IMG/VR virus record: IMGVR_UViG_3300013947_000021
Location: 32,001 to 96,000 of that record
DNA: 64,000 nucleotides
From: a virus
Taxonomy: Duplodnaviria > Caudoviricetes
Reading direction: 5' to 3' (one strand)
The translations under genes were made by a program, and so were the position numbers. The notes beneath the pieces were generated by a model. It had not been told where the DNA came from and did not search any database. It saw only the letters and a list, made by a program, of their open reading frames with translations. Numbering within the stretch: position 1 is the first letter of the stretch; each line of letters starts with the position of its first letter. This document shows positions 40,878 to 53,900 of the stretch, one piece after another.

Positions 40878-43520
40878 ATGGCACAGAATATTGATAAGTC
40901 AACAGATCTTACCTCTGATGTATATGGAATAAATTCCTATATAAATGAAATAAAAAAGAAATTTACTCCAGATGTATCAGATGATACACTTATGCTTGGA
41001 ATATATGGATATATGGGAGAAATGTTTTCTAATACCATACAGAATAGTATAGTTATGGCATCAGAATTCTCCAATGAATCTATTCCATATAAAGCAAAGT
41101 TTGAGAAGAATATAATTGCTCATGCATTAGGCCTTGGTATCACAGATATTAATGCAGTACCTGCACAGTTTGATGTAATACTTGCTTTTGTAGAAGATGA
41201 TATTATAGATTGGGCAAATGCCAGAACCGCTGATGGAAAAGATCTTCCTTGGGAATTTGTATTTGATAAGGATACCAATATTTATATTGGTGATTATTGT
41301 TTCCATACAGACTATGATATTAGTATTAAGAAAGTAAAACTTGAAGACTCAGGCAAGCTTAATAAGTTTGCATATACAGCAAAATATCTTATTGATGTAG
41401 ATAATCCTGTATCAAATATAACTAATCCTTATCTTACATCCCCAGTTATTCTTAGAGTAAATAATACAAATCTTCTTTATGTACACTGTACTCTTAGACA
41501 GGTAGAAAAGACTACTATATATAAAAAGATTCTTGCTGATAATAGTATTAACTCTAAAACTATTACATTTGATTTTGAAGGACAGCTTGCTGCTTTTACT
41601 ATAGATGTAACTGAGGGAAATACTACTACTCATTTAGTTCCTGTATATGAAGGATTATATAGTGAAACAAAGAAGTATCCTCATTTCTATTATACTTATC
41701 TTGCTTCTAATACTATTAGAATTAAATTTGATAGGTCATCATATCAGCCTAGAATAAACTCTGATGTAAGAATTAATATTCAGACTACATCTGGCGAATC
41801 TGGAAACTTCACATATAATCCTGATGTATACCCCGGATTTGCATTTGAATCTGAGAAATATGGATATTCTAATATAGCATGTGAAGTTATGCCAGTAAAT
41901 GGTGAGTCTTTATATGGTACAGATAAGAAGTCTATTAAAGATCTTAAGAAACTTATTCCTAAAGAATCATTATCTAGAGGAAGTATTACCAACCTTGCAG
42001 ATCTTCAGAATTTCTTTAATATGATTAATACTGATAATTCTATCTTATATTTCTATAAGAAGAGAGATAATGCATTAGAAAGATTATACTATTCATTTAT
42101 TCTTATGAGAGATGAATATAATGTAATCGTACCTACGAATACAATAGATCTTATAGTATATGCTGATGAATTACAGACTGAAGAAGGATCTGGTAAATTG
42201 GTATTTACTAAAGGACAAATGGTAAAACTCGATGATGATGGAATAGGAAGAATTTATAATGGATCTGGAGATGATTATACTGATTCATTTAAGTATGTAA
42301 TTCCTTATAGCTTTATTATAAATATAGATCCTTTGTATGGAATGTTTTATTTATCTACTATAGATACTAAGAAGACTCTTGATTTTACTTATATAAATGA
42401 AAATTGTTTCTATCAGTATATTGCTACTAGTATATCTTGGAATAGAGGATATTTGAATAATCCTAATAATTATTATCTTACAGTAAATGCTGAACAGAAT
42501 ATAGCTACTGAAGATGGAAAGCAAATGATTAAGATTGATCCTGATACTGGAGATATTCTTGAATGCAATGTACGTTGTATAGCAGTATTCTATGATAAAG
42601 AAGATAATCCTCTTAGATGGGCAGAAGGATCTGTTATAAAGTATGATCCAAATGGTAATATTTATTCATTTAGATTTACATTTACAACTAAAGATTATAT
42701 AGATACAGATAATAGAATTAGAATAGATACTGGAGTATATGATCTTGGAACTAATAATGAATCATATGCTCACTTTAATGCTAATACTAAGTGCATAATT
42801 CATTTCCTTTCCAAACAGGGAGAAGAATATGGATTAAATAAGATAAATGAAATTATTCCAGATACTGCAGGCTATACATTATCTAACAGCTATACGGTTC
42901 TCGAAGGAATAGATTTCTTCTATGATTATTCTAATATCATAAATTCTACTATAGTTTATGATAATGATGATAAAGAATATTTTAGAATTAAGGATGTACC
43001 TGTAGTTAAGTATGACTATTTTGAGAATGAAGATAAGGCTATATACTTCTGTAATGAATTATCTAGAAGAAAAATTTATATAGATTATGCTATTGAAGTT
43101 CTTGAAGATGCATTTGGCATGGACTTTAAATTCTTTAATACTTATGGACCTTCTAGATTGTTTACAACTGATAATGAAGGTACTTATGTAAATAGAACTT
43201 GCCTGTCTCTTACATTCAGACTTAAACTTAAGCCTAATTATGATACAAATATCATAAATGATATGATAAATGATGTAAAGGATTATATAGAGAATATTAA
43301 TGAAATAGATTCACTCCATATTCCTAATCTTATTACAGAGATTACCAATAAATATAGAGAGTCTATAGTATTCTTTGAATTTATCGATATGAATGGATAT
43401 GGTCCATCAGTGCAGCATATTTATAGTATGGATATGCCGGAGAATGTAATTACTCCTGAATTCTTAAATGTAGCTGCATTACCTGATGGAACTCCTGATA
43501 TTAATATAATTCTCGCATAA
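40878..43520 (+). CDS. Baseplate wedge subunit (T4 gp6/baseplate J-like)
   Basis: 880 aa; GIYGYMGEMF...SNESIPYKAKFEKNIIAHA, TTSGESGNF and SRGSITNLADLQNFF patterns. Confidence 0.65.
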   Translation: MAQNIDKSTDLTSDVYGINSYINEIKKKFTPDVSDDTLMLGIYGYMGEMFSNTIQNSIVMASEFSNESIPYKAKFEKNIIAHALGLGITDINAVPAQFDVILAFVEDDIIDWANARTADGKDLPWEFVFDKDTNIYIGDYCFHTDYDISIKKVKLEDSGKLNKFAYTAKYLIDVDNPVSNITNPYLTSPVILRVNNTNLLYVHCTLRQVEKTTIYKKILADNSINSKTITFDFEGQLAAFTIDVTEGNTTTHLVPVYEGLYSETKKYPHFYYTYLASNTIRIKFDRSSYQPRINSDVRINIQTTSGESGNFTYNPDVYPGFAFESEKYGYSNIACEVMPVNGESLYGTDKKSIKDLKKLIPKESLSRGSITNLADLQNFFNMINTDNSILYFYKKRDNALERLYYSFILMRDEYNVIVPTNTIDLIVYADELQTEEGSGKLVFTKGQMVKLDDDGIGRIYNGSGDDYTDSFKYVIPYSFIINIDPLYGMFYLSTIDTKKTLDFTYINENCFYQYIATSISWNRGYLNNPNNYYLTVNAEQNIATEDGKQMIKIDPDTGDILECNVRCIAVFYDKEDNPLRWAEGSVIKYDPNGNIYSFRFTFTTKDYIDTDNRIRIDTGVYDLGTNNESYAHFNANTKCIIHFLSKQGEEYGLNKINEIIPDTAGYTLSNSYTVLEGIDFFYDYSNIINSTIVYDNDDKEYFRIKDVPVVKYDYFENEDKAIYFCNELSRRKIYIDYAIEVLEDAFGMDFKFFNTYGPSRLFTTDNEGTYVNRTCLSLTFRLKLKPNYDTNIINDMINDVKDYIENINEIDSLHIPNLITEITNKYRESIVFFEFIDMNGYGPSVQHIYSMDMPENVITPEFLNVAALPDGTPDINIILA

Positions 43521-43575
43521 TAGCTTATAGTACAACATATTAATAAAATTTTCATGAATAGACGGAGGTTTAATA

Positions 43576-44571
43576 ATGTATACTAATGATTTATATGATT
43601 CTGGATATAGTGCTAGAGTAAAAAAGATAAGACAGAATCAGCTTAGCGCATTGTATGAAAATGCTGATAAGTATGATATTGAAAAGCCTAGTATTCAGAA
43701 GACTAAGCTTGATAATCTTTTTATCGAATCTAGTAATACTCGTACTGTTAGAGACGATTCTATTACAAGATTCCGCTCTTTCTCTGAAACTGTTAGAAAT
43801 TGTCTTGTAGTGGAAGCACTCTATAAGATGTATTCTAATGCAATGGATCCTGTTCTTAAAGCAGATCAGACCAATAGATCTATTATGAGAAAGATTGTTA
43901 CAGAGTATGTAAATGAGAATGGATATAATATAATTCTTGCTAATATGAGAAAAGCATCCGTTCCTATGTGTGAGATGTATAATGTAATCAATAATTCTAT
44001 TAATTCCATTCTTGAGGATTGTGATCAGACTAATCCTGATACTTTTGTTATTAAGAATGAAGATAAAGATCAGTTCTTTAATGATCTTGATTGTACTAAT
44101 ACTGAAGATGTAGAAGAAGCTATATCTGATAGAGTATCTAATGCAATGGCTGACTTTATTAATACTAATAATAAAGATCATGAAGAGATTACTAATACTC
44201 TTAAGAATGCTCAGGAAAAGATTGATACGGTTACCTCTGCAGATGATGGTGAGGATAATGATGAAGAAGATAATACTACTCCAGATGGAAATGTTCAGGA
44301 ATCTTATCAGGGGCTTGCTAGAGCAAGAATAAATAAGATTAGAACTACTCCTAAGGGCGTATTCCATTCTATGGTTTCTGCTCTTTCTGAAAGTGTGCTT
44401 AAGCATGAAGATATGCATAATGAGTTTATGACTGAAGGACATCTTGATATGGATAAGATTGTTGATAGAACCCGTATTATGTATACCTTTATGGAAATGC
44501 TTAATACTTCTAGACTTGATAGAGTTGATGAAGCATTTATTTCTGAAGCAATCATGAATCTTTCTAAGTAA
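43576..44571 (+). CDS. Probable virion/head assembly protein
   Basis: 331 aa, acidic, several x-x-E-S sites; late promoter at 43534-43545. Confidence 0.55.
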   Translation: MYTNDLYDSGYSARVKKIRQNQLSALYENADKYDIEKPSIQKTKLDNLFIESSNTRTVRDDSITRFRSFSETVRNCLVVEALYKMYSNAMDPVLKADQTNRSIMRKIVTEYVNENGYNIILANMRKASVPMCEMYNVINNSINSILEDCDQTNPDTFVIKNEDKDQFFNDLDCTNTEDVEEAISDRVSNAMADFINTNNKDHEEITNTLKNAQEKIDTVTSADDGEDNDEEDNTTPDGNVQESYQGLARARINKIRTTPKGVFHSMVSALSESVLKHEDMHNEFMTEGHLDMDKIVDRTRIMYTFMEMLNTSRLDRVDEAFISEAIMNLSK

Positions 44572-44610
44572 AAAGAATATCCTAGTAGCATTTAGCTACT
44601 AGGATTATTT

Positions 44611-45054
44611 TTATAATTTTATATAAATCATATTATCATTTATGCATACAATATTAAATATCATACTCATATAATTCTTATTACTTAATATAATATCAAT
44701 TATATCTGTAGATCCACCTTCATATTCAATCCAATGAGACAATACTCCAATATTTGCCTGAATAAAATCATAAAATGCATTTATAAGAATATTATAATAG
44801 AATTCAGGTTTATGAGCAAAGTCCTTTATCTTTTTCATAGAAGTCTTTTTAATTCTAAGACCAATTTCAAAAGTATCGGGATTATAGTCAATACTATTAC
44901 AATCTATATAAGAAGTTATATACTTCTGTAATTCAAATATACATGTAGTATCCTTATATAAGTGGTATAAAGCAACCCGCAAATACTTTATACTTTCAAT
45001 AATTCCAGACTGTTCATTATTTGCAAAATAAAATGTAGTATCAGTTTTATTCAT
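44611..45054 (-). CDS. Hypothetical protein
   Basis: 147 aa with AAGGAG RBS. Confidence 0.65.
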   Translation of the reverse strand: MNKTDTTFYFANNEQSGIIESIKYLRVALYHLYKDTTCIFELQKYITSYIDCNSIDYNPDTFEIGLRIKKTSMKKIKDFAHKPEFYYNILINAFYDFIQANIGVLSHWIEYEGGSTDIIDIILSNKNYMSMIFNIVCINDNMIYIKL

Positions 45055-45079
45055 ATATAATCTTACTCTCCTTTTTAAT

Positions 45080-45793
45080 TTAATGAAAATAATTTAAATC
45101 TATATTCTGATCATAATCTTTTCTATTTATTATAGAATTATATTGAGCTCTATTATACATCATATTTAAATATTGTATTCTAATTTCTACTCTAGGAAGT
45201 ATAGAGTAATATCTATGTACAGATCCATCTATTACCAATGTATCATCAAGCCATATATTAGCATTAAACATATCTGAATATTTTTTACCACAGTTATCCC
45301 AGTCAGGTTTTGTAATAGGTCTATGTAATCCTATTTCTGCTAATATTGTATCTTCTTTATTATAATAAGAAGGCGTTTTAAAATAAGCATATATATCTAA
45401 CTTACAAGGAGTATATATCATTTGATTAACAAATGTAAAATCTTCCTCAGTCATTAGTCTTCTCATATATGCTGAATCCTCTGCACCAGTAATAGAATAT
45501 ACATGAACAAAATTTGGATTAGCCATAGCCATATTAGCTAAATTTTTTCTATTTACTATTCTAAATCTAGGTCTAGGAGTTCCTTCTGGAACTTCAAATA
45601 ATATAATTTTTGTATCATAATATTGTAAAGCTTGAATCATTAGATCACGCTTATGTAATATAGAATATGCTTGTTCTTCTGATATAGATAATCTATCATA
45701 CATCCAATCAAGTCTTTCTCTAAAGTCAACTGGAATATCTCCAAATTTTTCTACATATTCATCATGTTTCTGAGATCTATTTTTTCTTTTCAT
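45080..45793 (-). CDS. rusA: RusA-like Holliday junction resolvase
   Basis: PEGTPRPRF...KPDWDNCGKKYSDMFNANIWLDDTLV...PRVEIRI, containing the RusA PDxDNxxK...D...DD catalytic pattern. Confidence 0.85.
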   Translation of the reverse strand: MKRKNRSQKHDEYVEKFGDIPVDFRERLDWMYDRLSISEEQAYSILHKRDLMIQALQYYDTKIILFEVPEGTPRPRFRIVNRKNLANMAMANPNFVHVYSITGAEDSAYMRRLMTEEDFTFVNQMIYTPCKLDIYAYFKTPSYYNKEDTILAEIGLHRPITKPDWDNCGKKYSDMFNANIWLDDTLVIDGSVHRYYSILPRVEIRIQYLNMMYNRAQYNSIINRKDYDQNIDLNYFH

Positions 45794-45886
45794 TTTTATT
45801 CTTCCTTAATAAAAAGAATAAGATGCAGCCTGCATTGCTGCATCTTAATAATTTGTTTAAAAATGTGTAAAACTTGACAAATATCG

Positions 45887-47893
45887 TTAATTAGCTCCGC
45901 GAAGCTTATTGTAGAAGTTCATAATAGCATTCTGAACTTTAACTTCTACTTTTCTAAATGTATTATTCTTAATATCAAGTATTTCTCCACCCTTATTAGC
46001 AATCCACATTTCTGCCAATCTACCAACTTCAGGTTTATAAATATTAATACCACAAAGATTTGCTATATAATCCATTAATGCAGTATTAGATATTGTATCA
46101 TAACTCCAGTCAGACATACTAGATGGTGTTATAGACATTGCTTGATACAAATCTTTAATATCTATAGATACATTTATAGCAGAAGGTAATCCTTCTCTAG
46201 TCCACTGACATTCATCACCTTTAGTAACAGACATATCTGTTATAATACCCATATCAATATTAAAGAATCCTTTATATATTGCACGAACAAGATAAGGATT
46301 TGTATATCCATTAGGATTAGAAACAACAGACTGAGGACAAGTTAAGCATATGAGATGGAATAAAGGTACCAATACATTCAAATATATAGAAAGAGGAGAT
46401 GGATCTGGAGATATGAATTTAAACTCACAAGAATAGGTTCTACTAAATGAAGAGTCAGACCATATTTCAGGGAATATAAGTTTACCACCAGCAGCAACAG
46501 TTGCTAAATGACTTCCTATATTACTAAGTACATTTCCATGACCTAATATCTTATTTACAAAATCATTAAGATTTTCTATATTACTAGATATATCTGCATC
46601 AGACAATACCTTATCTATTCCTGCCATTGAAGATGACTGACCGAGTAAGAATGATAACTCTCTTCCCATATCTGAAATAGAGTTTACAGATGAAGCGAGC
46701 ATAGATTGAGAAGTACTATTACTATAGCTCTCTCTAGTACTCGTTTCAGTATTTAAATAGAATGGAATAGAATTGAATGTACCCACATCAGAAATACTTC
46801 TTATTCCTGCATTAGTATATTCTTCCCAGTTCATATATTTAAGTACATTACTAGCACCAGGAAGTTTAATATCTCCTATACCAAGATATATAGATGCTAT
46901 TCTACACATAGGATTTAAGTATTTATAATAATCATCTGCATATTGGAATGTATAATACCTACCATTAGACTCTGTAAGATCAGAAAGAGTATTTTCATTA
47001 AAATCAAATCCATTTGCTACACTTGAAATGAATTGTGATACAAAGTTTTTCTTTTCTGTTTTACTATATTTAGTCATAAAACTAGCTCTACCAGGAGCTA
47101 TAAGAAGTAGTGGAATTCTTTCTACTATCTTTTCAGCATACTCATATCCTATAGAAGGAAGAAGAGTGCTAGAATTTTCAGCACTAAGTCTTACATCAGC
47201 TTCAGGAAGAAATTGATATGGCAATCCAAATACACCAGATATATTATTTATATTGGCAAAATCTTCAGTATCAAGATCGGTAATTCTACTAGTATATGCA
47301 GCATCACCAAACATACTTTCGTATGTAGGCCTATATCCAGTTCCTTCTGCATCACTTTCGCCAACAGAAGTTTCAGATTGAGTAGGCTCATCTGAATTTG
47401 ATGTAATAATACTTACATCATTAGAATCAGAAAAATAGCATGATAACTTGGTACTAAATTTAGTTTCACCACTTACATTTGTGATAAATAAATCATCTGA
47501 ATTCTTACATAAACAGATTATCATATCTGTATAATATGCCGTAGGAAGTGGATTTGAAACTACTATATATGATCCATTTCTAAATGGTATAGGAAGCAGA
47601 TTATCTCGTTGAGTAAATCCAATTTGATCAGATTCTATATCAAGAGTACTTTCTACACTACCATTAGTATTATAACCAACTGATTTTAATTTCACAGGTT
47701 CTTCTGAAAAATTATGATATGCTGCACCATCTATAGTCTTAAGTAATGTGTCTTTTGATATATTAGTACCTATTACGCTACCGCCAGCCATTACAGTTGC
47801 TACATATTTACCATCTTTATCTTTTTCACATTTATAGCCTATGCAAGGATTATCTTTATTTGCTTTTCCCATTGATTCCCATATGTACTGCAT
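45887..47893 (-). CDS. Tail/baseplate structural protein
   Basis: Start MQYIW after AAGGAGG; FPEIWSDSSFSRTYSCEFKFISP...GIITDMSVTKG tube-like pattern; late promoter at 47923-47934. Confidence 0.6.
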   Translation of the reverse strand: MQYIWESMGKANKDNPCIGYKCEKDKDGKYVATVMAGGSVIGTNISKDTLLKTIDGAAYHNFSEEPVKLKSVGYNTNGSVESTLDIESDQIGFTQRDNLLPIPFRNGSYIVVSNPLPTAYYTDMIICLCKNSDDLFITNVSGETKFSTKLSCYFSDSNDVSIITSNSDEPTQSETSVGESDAEGTGYRPTYESMFGDAAYTSRITDLDTEDFANINNISGVFGLPYQFLPEADVRLSAENSSTLLPSIGYEYAEKIVERIPLLLIAPGRASFMTKYSKTEKKNFVSQFISSVANGFDFNENTLSDLTESNGRYYTFQYADDYYKYLNPMCRIASIYLGIGDIKLPGASNVLKYMNWEEYTNAGIRSISDVGTFNSIPFYLNTETSTRESYSNSTSQSMLASSVNSISDMGRELSFLLGQSSSMAGIDKVLSDADISSNIENLNDFVNKILGHGNVLSNIGSHLATVAAGGKLIFPEIWSDSSFSRTYSCEFKFISPDPSPLSIYLNVLVPLFHLICLTCPQSVVSNPNGYTNPYLVRAIYKGFFNIDMGIITDMSVTKGDECQWTREGLPSAINVSIDIKDLYQAMSITPSSMSDWSYDTISNTALMDYIANLCGINIYKPEVGRLAEMWIANKGGEILDIKNNTFRKVEVKVQNAIMNFYNKLRGAN

Positions 47894-47971
47894 AGATATC
47901 CTCCTTTTTAATTCAATATAATTATATAATTGTTGGAAGGGCATAAATATACCCTTCCAACCATAATTTTT

Positions 47972-50900
47972 TTACTCTCTTGCTAATTCAGACATTGCAC
48001 TGATAATATATTCATTACTCTGATTATTAAGAAGCTTTGAAATGTTTACAGTATTTCCAGAGTTACGTTTAACAAGTTCATTCAAAGCAGCCTTAGTCTG
48101 AAGCTTAGTCTTTCTTGATGCAGCATCTATATCAGATTCATCTATATCAATACCAAAATTCTTAGAAAGTATCTCAAGTACTTTATTAAGAAGAGCAGTA
48201 TTATCAGAGATCTTAAGAAGTATAGATACTATAGTATTCAAGAAGCTATCATAGCTAATAGATGTATTTGCATTAGATGTAGTATTAGCGGAGCCACTTC
48301 CGATAATATTTCTATTATCATCGGCATACATTCTATTTTGATCAATAGAACGTTGAGCTCGCCCACTACCAACTGCAAATGCATTATAAGCTTCTTTAGC
48401 ATAAGCCTTTCTCTCATTGTCATACAAATATTGCTTAACAGATTTCCAGTTAGGCATTTCATAACTATGAAGAACATCAATAGCTGCCTCACCAGGATCC
48501 TTAGCATTCTTAAGTCTATTGACAAGACCACCACAATATTTATTCCAAGATCCAGTAAGATAATCCAACTGGTTAGGAATAGAATCTATTTTCTTACCTT
48601 GTCCAACAGTAGCATCATAAAGCTGCTCTTTCCAAGTATTATAAGTAAACTGCGGTAATCCATAACCAAAATAAGTATTTACAAATGTATCCTTAGAAAT
48701 CTTACCATTCTGGAGATCATCTGTAAACTTACGCATTAGTGTATCTGAGTTACCACCAGTATATCCTAATTTCTTAAGTTCCGTAGCTTCCACTGCATAA
48801 GGTTTATAAGCTGACTCCATTCTGAAGTTACCCATAATACCAGCAGCTCCAGCCTTACTAAATCCTTTTGATCTAAGATAATTCCAAATCTTTTCAGCAT
48901 TACTATTTCCTTTCACATCCATTGATGTAATAGTATTAGATTTCTTATTGCTAACAAGAGATATTTTGCCACTACTATTACTTGATGTATTAGCTGTAGA
49001 ATCAGATGATGAAGAAGTATCATCCCCATCTCCATACATAGCATCATACAATCCACCATACATCTTTTTCATGATATTAGTTCCAAGATTACCTATTTGA
49101 CTAAATAATTTATTAGTTGTGCTAGTATCTTCGGCTGATGAAGAATCTGCAGATTCAGTACCTTTTCCTATATTCTTTCTGCCATTAATAATAACAGAAG
49201 ATTTCATAGAATTAGCTATCTTAGATTTATTATATTTAGTAGATCCACTAGGAAGATCAGGATCTTCTACTATAACATTTCCATTTCTATCATATCCAGT
49301 AGCAGTAATAAAGTGAGGAGTAGTTCCAAATGGCATTCCATTATTAGAATTATCCTTACCAAACATTATTACCTGCTTACCTTGCTTAATAGCTTGCAAT
49401 GCATCAGATGCACTATTAGTATTAGTTGTAGATATTCCATTATCAGCAAGATATGAATTGAAATAATTCATAGAAGTGCCATTCTTAGAAACCATACCAT
49501 TAGCTTCTGCATAGCTCATAGCATGATTAAGATCACCTCTACCAGTAAGACGTCTTAATGCATTAGTAACAGCCACAGGAGCACAACCAGATTCTCCTAA
49601 TGTACTATTACCATATCTCATATTCTTTATAGCAGGATCATGCTGATAAATATGTCCACGAGCTTTACCAGCATTTGTAGTTCTAGCACTACCTATACCA
49701 AGAGCAGATGACGTTCCAGAAGAAGTAGTTCTACTATTGCCATTAGATTTATTTATTACAGCTTCAACTTCTTTGTCTTTAACTCCAAAGATATTACCAA
49801 ACCAATTTCCTACACGTTTATACCAAGGAGCTTTCTTTCTCTTATTGAAATCTTCAAGATTATCATAAGTTTCTTCAGGATGCTCCTTATTCCAAGCATT
49901 AAGCACCTGATTATAATTACTTCTAGCATCCTTAAGCTCAGTCAAATCCATACCAAATGCAGGAAGAATACCATCAATAAATATATCCATAATTGTAGAT
50001 GCAGGAATAAGTCCAAGCAAGAATCTATTAGTAAGAAAATTAGTTAATCCGCAAATTACTCTAATACCAAAACTAATATTATATCCACCTTTTGCTACTC
50101 CCATAATAGTTTCAGCATTAGTCATACCCCATAAGAAGTCGACAACACCTAAAGCTATACCAAGAGGAGTTGCATTAGAAAGTACATTAGCAAGTTTTAA
50201 AGCAGATTTTCCAATTAATTTAGTACCTGCGTGTTTAGCAAGTTTTTCTCCAGATTTTATAAGTGCTTCTTGAAGAGCTTTTGTTCCAGCTCCTTTGGTA
50301 ACACCTGAAAGAAGTATTTTACCAATTTTACTATTAAAGATATTCTCAAAAAGTTTCCTAAATAATGAACCAAATGATTTCTTTGCAGTATTAACTCCAG
50401 TACTTTCAGCTATATTCTTTATAGTATTAGTAGCAAATCTACCAACAGCTTTACCAGTTTTAGTATTTGCAATACCAGTACCAATAGCTTTTCCAGCTTT
50501 GCCTACAAGATTAGTAGCTTTTCCAAGTTTAGTTGCATCAAATACAGTTTTTCCAACTTTACCTGCAAGTTTAACTGCTTTAACAGTAGTGCCTTTATTC
50601 ATTCCAGCAAGAACTTGTAATCCAAATCTTGTACCAGTTTTTATACCTTTTGATAATATGCCATCATTGCTATGATATTGTGTATAATCATTAAGTATAT
50701 TACCATTTTCGTCAGTTACAATCTGGTTTGTAGAATAAGTTCCACCTATAATATTACGTCTATTTGTACTTCCATCAAAATCATTTGCTTCCATTGCTTT
50801 ACCAGTCGTAATATTAAACACAGGATTTTCTATTCCGGTAACGTCTATATCATCAACAATAGATTTTAATTTAGCATTAGAAGAGCTAGTATTTCCACCA

Positions 50901-53900
50901 TTTATATTGAAAGTGCTTGTAGTTTTATAATTTGTAGATTTGCTACTATCAAAAGCTTTAATTACATTGCTATAATTATTAGAAGTTTTCTTAACTCCAG
51001 GTTCTGTAGATGTACTTTGAGTTAAAGCAGATTTAAGATTACTATTATTTTTATTTGCAGCATTAAGATATTTAGTTACATTGGTATCATAGTCAGTAAA
51101 TGTAACATTATCATTTGCAGGTTTTCTCTTAGTAATTACTGCAGTAAGACCTTTAACAATACCTTTTACAGTACCCCAAAGAATACCAGGAAGAGATTGT
51201 ATTATAAGACTTACAGCAGGTGCAACCAAGTTCTGAATAGCATAACCATGACCAATTATAATCTTCTCTAATGCACCAGCAAGAAGACCAGATAATCCAC
51301 CATTATTCAAATACCAATTCTTAACAGCATTGAATTTTTCTCCAAACCAGTTAAATACTGATCCAAGTATTCCAGATTTACCATCTTTACCAACAAATAT
51401 ATTCTTAAGACCACCAAGTAATCCGCCACTTCTTACTCCATCTTCATTCTGTTTACCAAATAAGAAAGTCTGTATTTTAGGCCAAATACTTGTTTTAACA
51501 AATTCAGAAGCATATCCAAACAGAGAAACAAGTAATGCACCACCAACAATTTTCTTTCCTATCTTAGCAACTGTTCCGAGAGGAGAAGAAACCTTCTCTT
51601 TAAATCCTACTATTCTACCGAGTATACCAGCTATACCAGATCTAGATTTCTTTCTCTCTTTTCTCTTACCTATAAGACTATCTATAAGATCATTAAAATT
51701 CTGGCTGTTCTCTTTGTTCTCTTTATCCTTCTTCTCTTTAATTTCAGTATGTTGTTCTTTATTTTCTTTATATTCACGAGAAGATGTATCTGAAGAAACT
51801 ACATTACCAGTATCCTGATCATAGAATTTTTCTTTATCTTCATCACTTCTATCATTAAGTGACTTTTCATTAGCTTTTTGAATAGTATTTATTACTTTAG
51901 AGCCACCATCTGCTACATTTTTTGCAGTTTCAGATGCATTATTTGTAGTAGATTCTGATTTAGGTCTAGCTTTAGGATTCATTGTATAAATAACTTCTTT
52001 AATAGCATTCAGCATACTATTATTAAAATTATCTATTTTACTAGAAATATTTTCAACTGTTTGCTGGGTTTTCTCTTCAGGAGTCTTAGGTTCTTCTTTA
52101 GAAGTTATAGATTCAACATTTTTTCCTCTAGCTTTAAGTTCAGCCTGAATAGCTTCACGTACACTTCTAATACCGCTTTTACCAGAGATCTTTCTACCTA
52201 ATGCTTGAGAAAGTTTATCTTCGATTTCTTTTTGATCACGTCTAGAACCGCCTAGAGTTAATCTAAGACGATATAATGTATTTACATCATTTTCTGAATC
52301 ACTTAGACCATTTCTAAGAGTATTAAGTATACTATTTTTTATACTATTCCTATCATCTTCTCCAAATTTATCAAGGCCAAACTTGCTATCAATATATTCA
52401 CTAAGTTCATCAATATTATTATATTCACCAGATAATGCTTGTTTAGTAAATTTATTAAGAGTCTTATACCCTAACTTGTCATAAAGAGTCTTACCATTAG
52501 CATCTCTCTTATTAAACAAATCTGAAAGCCTATTTTGCATACCACTACGAATAGACTTCATTTGGTTTCCAATATCACTATCAGAATTAAGCATAGCACT
52601 AGTATTGGATAAAAGCATATTTAATGCATTATCATCCAGTCCAGCTAAAACATTATCCTGTTCAAATGCATTATCTCTTCCTAAGATAGTATTAAGTAAA
52701 CTACCAGACTCAGAATATCTATTTTTCTCAAGAGTATTTGCTAATCCAGAATCTTTATTAAAATATCTAAGAAGACCTACTAATCCATTAGTGCCTTTCT
52801 TCTTATTACCATAAATAAATCTATTAAAGAGTTTATTATCTGAATACTGCTTTCTGAATACAAGTCTTTCTGCAGCACTCATATCATAAGCTTTGCCTTT
52901 TTCTATTTGATGCATTCTCATTCTATTACCAATAGAACCAAGCATTTTAAATGGAGCAGAAATTATGCCCTTAGCAAGATTAATAGGAGATTTAGCAACT
53001 GCACCTATAGCTTTTCCAAGAGGTTTGAATATCTTTTCCTGGAAAAAGTCCATAGCAGGTAATCCTATGAATTTAGAAAATGCATCATTAATAGAATCTG
53101 CTACACTATATCCAATATCATGAATAACATTCTTTATTCCTTGCTTAAAAGGATTCCAGAAATTCTTTAAAGGCTTAAGCATATTTTCTTTAGCATAGTC
53201 TTTAAATTCATCGAGCATGGAAAGAATCTTTTCTTTACCTGGAATAAGTATAGTTTTATTAAGGGCTTTCATAACAGAGTTCTTTTCAGGATTATCAGGA
53301 TCACCAAACATAACCTTATGGAAAGTATCCGTTGCAGTGAGCAATCCAAGACCAGAACCTATTATACTATTTCCTAAAATACCAAAAGGACCAGCTAATG
53401 CACCAATACCAGCTCCAATAAGAGCATGAGGAGCAGCCTTCTTTGCAAACTTCTTAAACTTTTCTACTCCCTCTTTTTCAAAAAGTCCATTTTCTCCAAA
53501 GAGGATATTCTGTACAGTTTCATTATTTTTAAGAAGACTAATACCAGCACCAACTGCAGCACCACCAAGAGGGCCAAATCCAGTAAGTAATCCAGCAACT
53601 CCACCAACAAGACTAAACTTACTCATATCAGGAGCAGCTTTTGTATATACATCAATTATTCTCTTAGGAATAATTCCTCCAGATCGTTCTTTAGTACCAT
53701 CTTCATTTGTAATCATATCTCCAAGAAGGAATTTCTTAGCAGTTTCAGAACTGTTTATAATGGATAATCCTGCACCAGCAACTGCGCCAAGAAGAGGATT
53801 TCCTACAAGTAATCCAGCTCCACCACCAACTATTCCTCCAGCGAGAACCTTGGAAGTATGATCATAAGAATCTCCAAGAATATTTGAAAAGAATCCTTTA

